DNA from: an uncultured delta proteobacterium
GTDB taxonomy: Bacteria; Desulfobacterota; Binatia; Binatales; Binataceae
Assembly: GCA_963756155.1 (NCBI GenBank)
Contig: CAVWMQ010000010.1
Span: 8,102-72,101 of the forward strand
Length of the DNA stretch: 64,000 bases
Direction of reading: 5' to 3'
Shown one piece after another: positions 59,154 to 64,000 of this stretch. Positions within the stretch are counted from its first letter, which is position 1. Each line of letters opens with the position of its first letter. The notes below the pieces were generated by a model. That model had not been told where the DNA came from, made no database searches, and saw nothing but the letters and a program-made list of their open reading frames with translations. A program made the translations under genes and the position numbers.

Positions 59154-60125
59154 ATGTTTGCCAAGTTAAACTGGAAATTCCGGAATAAGAGGGGAGTCGT
59201 CTTGAATACAAGAAACGTCCTGTCAGCTTCGCTAGTTTCATTTTGTAGCTTGCTCTTGTTTATCTCAAGTGCGAGCGCACAGACAGCCTGTACGCCTGTT
59301 GTTTATGCCTTCCGTCACGCAGAAGATGTGTCGGGGACGGCGCCCCAATCCGATTGCTTCCCCGGCTCCACTGTCAAGTGTTCTACTGCACTCAAACCGA
59401 CGGGGACCGAGCACGCCAATCTTTACGTCGAGATGATAACCAGTTTCGAACACCTCAAGAAATATTGCCCCGTGGCGACTGTCTATTCAGTTAACCCGGT
59501 TTTGCCGACTGGTGGCGGGGGCACAAATAATCCATTTTATACAGCTCGGCCGTTAGCTAACACCGTGATGAATGACGACCCTATTATCACGATCGATGGT
59601 AAGAACCTGGATGAATTCTTGACGCAGGTCACACCGGAGAACTTACGCGCTGAACTGGTAAACAGCATGACATCAGGTTCAACGGCAGTGTTTTGGACAA
59701 GTGACGGTTTACACGACCTTGGTAATGCTATCGTTGAGGGCTTCCAGGGTATTCCAGTCAAAAATAAAGCCACAGGTGTGCCGCCGAGAAATGCGGCTTA
59801 TGTTTTTGAATATAACGGGCTCGGCGGCTTTTCTCCACCAATGACCAACTCGCCATACGAGGGCAGTACGCAATTTGTACAATGCTTCAATTGGGCTCCC
59901 TTTAGGGCTGTCGGCGATGTGAGTTCTACAAAATACTTCTGTGGAAAAGCAATGGCGGCGGGTAGCATAAGCGATTTAATAGGCGATTCGAATCTCTATA
60001 AGTTACACGGAAGGATTTGTGATACATGCACCATCGCTTCTGCTACCTGCCCCAGCCCCCTTAAGGCCGTAACACAATCTGTGGACTATTACGGCTACTG
60101 TGAATCGCCGCCTTCGGCTCAATAA
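59154..60125 (+). CDS. Cys-rich secreted protein of unknown function in low-GC islet
   Basis: Signal peptide …LSASLVSFCSLLLFISSASAQ. 12+ Cys residues (…QTACTPVVYAF…SDCFPGSTVKCST…KYCPV…QCFNW…YFCGKAM…RICDTCTIASATCPSP…YYGYCES). Local GC is about 45-50%, against about 68% in the flanks. Confidence 0.6.
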   Translation: MFAKLNWKFRNKRGVVLNTRNVLSASLVSFCSLLLFISSASAQTACTPVVYAFRHAEDVSGTAPQSDCFPGSTVKCSTALKPTGTEHANLYVEMITSFEHLKKYCPVATVYSVNPVLPTGGGGTNNPFYTARPLANTVMNDDPIITIDGKNLDEFLTQVTPENLRAELVNSMTSGSTAVFWTSDGLHDLGNAIVEGFQGIPVKNKATGVPPRNAAYVFEYNGLGGFSPPMTNSPYEGSTQFVQCFNWAPFRAVGDVSSTKYFCGKAMAAGSISDLIGDSNLYKLHGRICDTCTIASATCPSPLKAVTQSVDYYGYCESPPSAQ

Positions 60126-60240
60126 TTGTCGCCAAGGCACAAGGCGGATGGCCTATACCTGCGCCAGCGTCGGTAACCAGCGCAACCTTACCGTTAATCT
60201 CTAGACTCCTTTTCAGAATGAAAGAGGAAAGGGAGAGCAA

Positions 60241-61185
60241 TCAAAATGTACGCGGTCGCTTTCTTTGTTCGGACGCGCTGCGCGTGCTCGACCCTCGGCG
60301 CTCTGTCATCGGAATGGCTTCCAGCCCAGGACCGGGGACGAGTTGATCGTAGGAGACGCCTAGCAGCCAAACGAAGGCGACCGCGCCTGTTCCGGATGAG
60401 GCGTGATTGAGTGCGATTTGTGCGCCCACGTTGATCTCGAACGTATCGTTCATCCATGCGATTGCCGGGGTTAGCTCGAGATCGGGTGCCGAAGAATTGT
60501 TGTGTGCGCTCAGGTACTGCGCGTAGTCGAAATCCAGATGAGGCGTGAAGTTGCGCAACAGCGTCGCAACCGAATTTGCCGCGACATTGGCCTCGAGGTA
60601 GCCAAGCGAGTATTCGAGCTCCAGGTCGGCGCTCAGCAGGTCGTCGCGTGCGCCAGTGACTTTGCTGTCGAATCCCGCATCGCCCTCGATAGCAGCGGGG
60701 CGTAACAGACCGATCGACTCGGGCAAGTCGCCGAAGCCTTTCTGAAAAAGAACCTCGCCGCCGGCGCGCGTGTGGGTTTCGGAAACCCCGCTGTCGCCAA
60801 CCGGCAACTCAAGAGTCGGGTTGATCGTGAGAAGGAATTCATTGGCAGGCAGCGATAAAAGCAGGTGTTTGTATCCGAGACCCAGGTTGGTGAATCCGCT
60901 GAGCGCGGCGTCCTCGCCTTCCTGTTCGAGCCGCTGGTAGCCGACGAAGAGCGAGAAGCTGGCGTCGGAGGAGATGGTTTTTTCGAGGTACAGCGACTCG
61001 AAGTTCTGTGCGCGATCGAGGCCGCCGGATACGGAGAGATAGTTTTCAACGGTCGCGTCGTTGCCGATGAAGTTGCCGACGAAGTTGCGCGGTGCCGGAG
61101 CCGATGAGCCGGCCAAGACCGAGCGCGGCAGGATCGAGGCGAGCGTTATCAGGAACATCGCGGCTAATGTGCGGAGGAGACTCAT
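60241..61185 (-). CDS. secreted / putative outer-membrane protein of unknown function
   Basis: ATG at about 61185. Signal peptide MSLLRTLAAMFLITLASILPRSVLA. About 290-aa mature part with alternating hydrophobic residues and a C-terminal aromatic residue before the basic tail. It may belong to the small OM beta-barrel families (for example MetA-pathway/'transporter'-like). This assignment is not firm. Confidence 0.5.
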   Translation of the reverse strand: MSLLRTLAAMFLITLASILPRSVLAGSSAPAPRNFVGNFIGNDATVENYLSVSGGLDRAQNFESLYLEKTISSDASFSLFVGYQRLEQEGEDAALSGFTNLGLGYKHLLLSLPANEFLLTINPTLELPVGDSGVSETHTRAGGEVLFQKGFGDLPESIGLLRPAAIEGDAGFDSKVTGARDDLLSADLELEYSLGYLEANVAANSVATLLRNFTPHLDFDYAQYLSAHNNSSAPDLELTPAIAWMNDTFEINVGAQIALNHASSGTGAVAFVWLLGVSYDQLVPGPGLEAIPMTERRGSSTRSASEQRKRPRTF

Positions 61186-61717
61186 GCGATGATGCAGCGC
61201 GACTGCTGATAGTTTCGCGGTCTTGCACTCCTGATTTGGCATGGAGTGATCACCGATGGTGGGCAATTTCTACCATATAGTGGTCCGAGCGTATGGGCGC
61301 CACACCATCGGCAGCTTCGTTCCCTCCAAAATGTTTTTCGATGGGAGAGTGGAGTTTCCAGAAGAGTGGACGAGAGTACAGCGTGGTGCGCGATGCGCAT
61401 GCGTCATTGTTAACAGGGTTAGAGCGTAGGCATAAGGCGGAAAAGTTCAGTGGTGGTGAAGCATGGGAACCTAACCCCTAACCCCTTGCGCAGAACCCTC
61501 ACCCCAGGCGAGGACGCCGTTCCCTCTCCCGCAAAGCGGGCGAGGGTAATTCGGTACTCCGAGCGACACCGGGGAAGGGGGACCAGAAAAAAATGGAATC
61601 GTGTCGTCCTATCCCCCTCACCCCTTTCCGGTGGCGAGTATTCGGATGTTCCCTTCAAGCATTAGAACGCCGCACACACGCGGCATCTTTTCGCACATCT
61701 CTGAAATCGCAGACTGC

Positions 61718-61917
61718 TTGGCGGAGAGGCTGGTATTTGAACCGTCGCGGCCCTTGATTTTCAGCGGGTTGCGCTCGGATCCGATCGCGCGCCGGCGCGC
61801 TCGGGTGCTCTCTCGAAGCGGAACGTTCTGCACTCGATTCCAACGTTCGCTCATCAGAAATCCCGATACCTGGCCTCCCGGATCGCGAGTGAAACGAACG
61901 CTGATGCCGTCGGAGAT
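61718..61917 (-). repeat. copy C of ~190-bp repeat family with tRNA-Ser-like 3' terminus
   Basis: Plus ttggcggagaggctggtatttgaaccgtcgcggcccttgattttcagcgggttgcgctcggatccgatcgcgcgccggcgcgctcgggtgctctctcgaagcggaacgttctgcactcgattccaacgttcgctcatcagaaatcccgatacctggcctcccggatcgcgagtgaaacgaacgctgatgccgtcggagat. The minus strand ends …GGTTCAAATACCAGCCTCTCCGCCA. Same orientation as B, 3.35 kb away. Confidence 0.65.
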
Positions 61918-62172
61918 GATCCTGCCGCGTCACGCCCAGATTTTCCGCCGGATTGGCGGAAGCCGCTGCGAACGTGTTGCTTTCTACGTCTCGCAGCTCG
62001 GTATCCCGCTGCCTCCGCGGCTACAGCATTTGGGACATTCAGATTGCAGGTTGTCTCTCTTGAGCGCTTCCATTCCATCGCAGACCGAGCAGCCGCTTGG
62101 ATTTCGGTTCAGATGCAATTTTTGGTAGAGACAGGGGTCGTTCCCCGTCGGAATACTTGGTGGCTTGGTGAT

Positions 62173-62691
62173 TCACTTGGAGCAATAAACGGTGCCGCTG
62201 TAATCTCCGGAAATTGACCTATCGGGTTTGATTATTGCCGAGTATGTGCCGGTCCCGCGAAGGCCCGCCAGACCGCCAGTTCCGCTCTCTTCAATCATTT
62301 GCCATCGTCCTTGAAAGTTACCTTTGCTGTCGGTAGAGAATTGCTGCTGATAAACCACGCTACCGGTGCCGCAACCACTGATCGTTCCAGTGAAATGGTC
62401 TACCCCGCCGCCGTACATATGGGCCGAAGGAAGTGTGAACAATCCGTATGTGTATTCGCTTTGACCTTGCCAGTCTCCGGTTAGCCTCATTGGCCCGGAG
62501 TTCCGAGCTAGTCCGCGACAGGTGCCCTTACTCGGTAGTGAAGTCAATGCCGAGCAGGGCGGCACCATGTCGAGGTGGTCGGGAGTGGTTTCGTAATGCG
62601 CCTTGATTTCTATTGGTCCTGCCTTCTTATCCGCCGCGGCGGCGTTCGCAATTCCGTGCAAGACTAGAAAGGTGCACAGCGCAAGGACCAT
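62173..62691 (-). CDS. secreted hypothetical protein (possible DUF3224-like lipocalin fold)
   Basis: Signal peptide MVLALCTFLVLHGIANAAAA, then …DHFTGTISGCGTGSVVYQQQFSTDSKGNFQGRWQMIEESGTGGLAGLRGTGTYSAI… The Gly-rich beta pattern is loosely DUF3224-like. Confidence 0.45.
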   Translation of the reverse strand: MVLALCTFLVLHGIANAAAADKKAGPIEIKAHYETTPDHLDMVPPCSALTSLPSKGTCRGLARNSGPMRLTGDWQGQSEYTYGLFTLPSAHMYGGGVDHFTGTISGCGTGSVVYQQQFSTDSKGNFQGRWQMIEESGTGGLAGLRGTGTYSAIIKPDRSISGDYSGTVYCSK

Positions 62692-63199
62692 CGCCACTGG
62701 GCTGGTTCCGGATGCGCTGGCTCTCCAATGGGAACGTTCGACTCGCGGTGATTTCTGCTCTCGCACGATTTGCTCCTTCATGAGGTTTTCACCCGCGCGC
62801 GTATGGATCGTCAATTACGAAACGCCAAGTGCCGTCATCTTGCCGACGCACGATTTCCATCACTTTGTGCTGCATACTGAACGAAGAACCATCCGCAATC
62901 TTTCCCGCATGTTCCAGTCGTTGTAGAGCACTGCGAGATTTTCAGCGAATTACCACTCGATCCGCCACAGGGCAAACAGGGGTTCGCCCGTGCGGTTCTT
63001 GTCGAGCAGGGACGCTGAGTGGCAAGGCCGATCCGTAAATGCTCGGCGAGACTTACAGATACGAAACCGCCCGCCGGCGTTGCCCGTCAGACGTCCTTGC
63101 AGCTAAGCCGCGTCCCCACGCTGACAGGCTCGTCTTCAGAGCTCCGGGTCACGGGGCTGGATTCTCTGGTTATGTATTATGGCGAAACAATCACTTGGG

Positions 63200-64000
63200 C
63201 TACTCGTTTGCGGCCCCGCCGGCGCCCTGCGGTTTGACAAACTTTAACATGAATCGGTCCTGCTCGCCCCGATGCTGGAACACCAGCCAACTGCGGTCGT
63301 CCTTGGGATTACGCAAGGCGTCAGAAGCGGCCACCAGCACAAAGCCGGCGCTTTTGATCTGATTCACCTCGTAGGCTTCGTCGATGCGATGGAGCGTGCT
63401 GACGTCACGAGCACCCGAGCCCGGCGCAGCGCTGTTGTCGATAATCCCATAAATCCCGCCCCGCTTGAGAGAATTCAACACCGCGGCATTGATTTTCGCG
63501 GTGTCATATCCGAATCCGACCATGTCGTGGTAGTTCATGTTGCAGATCACGGCATCGAGCGAGCCGGGCGGCACCGGCAGGATTTCATCAGGATTGGTGA
63601 ACGGCTTTAGTAACTCGACTATCGCGCTCATCCCCGGCTCTTTGATCCGCCCCTTCCATGCATCTTCCGCCTCGCCGTTCTGTGAATAGACCTTCCCGCT
63701 CGGACCAACCACACGCGCAAGCAATTCAGTGGTGTAGCCGCCGCCCGCCCATAGATCCGCGACCTTCATGCCGGGCTCGATCCCGAAGAAGGCTAGCATC
63801 TGCTCTGGCTTACGTCCCGGGTCAAGCTGCTTGTCGGCGGCCGGACGATCCGGAGAGTTGACCGCGCTTAGAACCGATTGCGGAATCTTCGCAGGGTCAA
63901 TCGCCTTCTCGTGTGTCGCGCCGGCCTCGGCCGCCGCGTCCTTTTCCTCGGCTGCTCTTGCCGCGGCTGGCGCAAGGGCCGCCGCTACGAACAAGAGGGC
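63200..64000 (-). CDS. secreted class I SAM-dependent methyltransferase; partial, N-terminus beyond window end
   Basis: The reading frame is open to base 64000 (…ALLFVAAALAPAAARAAEE signal-like). The listed start at 63994 is TTG. Methyltransferase motifs: KVADLWAGGGYTTELLARVVGPSGKVYS…LDAVICNMNYHDM. Confidence 0.65.
   Translation of the reverse strand, partial: ALLFVAAALAPAAARAAEEKDAAAEAGATHEKAIDPAKIPQSVLSAVNSPDRPAADKQLDPGRKPEQMLAFFGIEPGMKVADLWAGGGYTTELLARVVGPSGKVYSQNGEAEDAWKGRIKEPGMSAIVELLKPFTNPDEILPVPPGSLDAVICNMNYHDMVGFGYDTAKINAAVLNSLKRGGIYGIIDNSAAPGSGARDVSTLHRIDEAYEVNQIKSAGFVLVAASDALRNPKDDRSWLVFQHRGEQDRFMLKFVKPQGAGGAANE

Noticed and set aside
44570-61917. Interpretation of the repeat copies as genuine tRNA-Ser (or tmRNA) genes
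   Set aside because: Only the T-loop plus acceptor 3' strand plus GCCA is tRNA-like. The 5 nt preceding the T-loop do not pair with the 3' T-stem, and no complementary acceptor 5' strand, D-arm or anticodon arm can be folded in any copy.
62815-63199. Candidate tRNA-like T-arm strings (e.g. ggggttcgccc) in intergenic DNA near 62.97 kb
   Set aside because: No cloverleaf can be assembled. It is an isolated partial match only.

Overview
This is a 64 kb high-GC (about 65-70% overall) bacterial chromosomal segment with dense coding on both strands. The ORF track allows alternative start codons, so many true starts lie inside the listed ORFs. The window splits into two parts.

The first ~44 kb is core and housekeeping. 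It holds glutamate-cysteine ligase (gshA) in an apparent operon with a PDZ-domain GspC-like protein and a GNAT (acetyltransferase) gene. It also holds glycerol kinase, purM, glutaredoxin, a ComF-family phosphoribosyltransferase, a family III CoA-transferase, a TolC-family outer membrane factor, an RluA-type pseudouridine synthase, UvrA and UvrB. Further genes are PgeF/YfiH, a Gfo/Idh/MocA oxidoreductase, two acyl-CoA dehydrogenases (the second apparently fused to an aldo-keto reductase), two tandem OmpA-like lipoproteins, an SDR (short-chain dehydrogenase/reductase), a Kef-type antiporter fused to tandem Usp domains, an ArsS-like radical-SAM protein, a GH28/pectate-lyase-fold protein and a 1193-aa STAND adenylate/guanylate cyclase (AC+AAA+TPR). 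From 44.7 kb the same character continues with a GATase1 gene, an XRE/cupin regulator, a MOSC protein and an APC permease.

From ~43.9 kb onward the region also looks accessory or decayed. The most unusual feature is a previously unannotated family of ~190-bp repeats: three full copies at 44.57, 58.37 and 61.72 kb, and partial copies at 48.92 and 53.33 kb, all in the same orientation. On the minus strand each carries a tRNA-Ser-like 3' terminus (GGTTCAAATCC T-loop plus acceptor 3' strand, then GCCA). Upstream of that is a hairpin that keeps its pairing between copies through compensating changes. Two full copies bracket a ~3.3 kb islet of anomalously low GC that encodes a Cys-rich secreted protein and a putative outer-membrane protein. 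This fits att-site remnants of a tRNA-targeting integrative element or a tRNA-derived structured-RNA or MITE family.

The same region also contains a RidA gene interrupted by two in-frame TAG codons, a frameshifted membrane-protein gene, local duplications of an enoyl-CoA hydratase 3' end flanking a P450 gene, and several secreted proteins and lipoproteins of unknown function. Candidate regulatory elements are a 3 x 18-bp direct-repeat array upstream of uvrB, a triple TTGCCTG-N-CAGGCAA palindrome array upstream of the APC permease, and three strong rho-independent terminator hairpins. No rRNA genes, intact tRNA genes, CRISPR arrays, transposases or integrases were recognisable.
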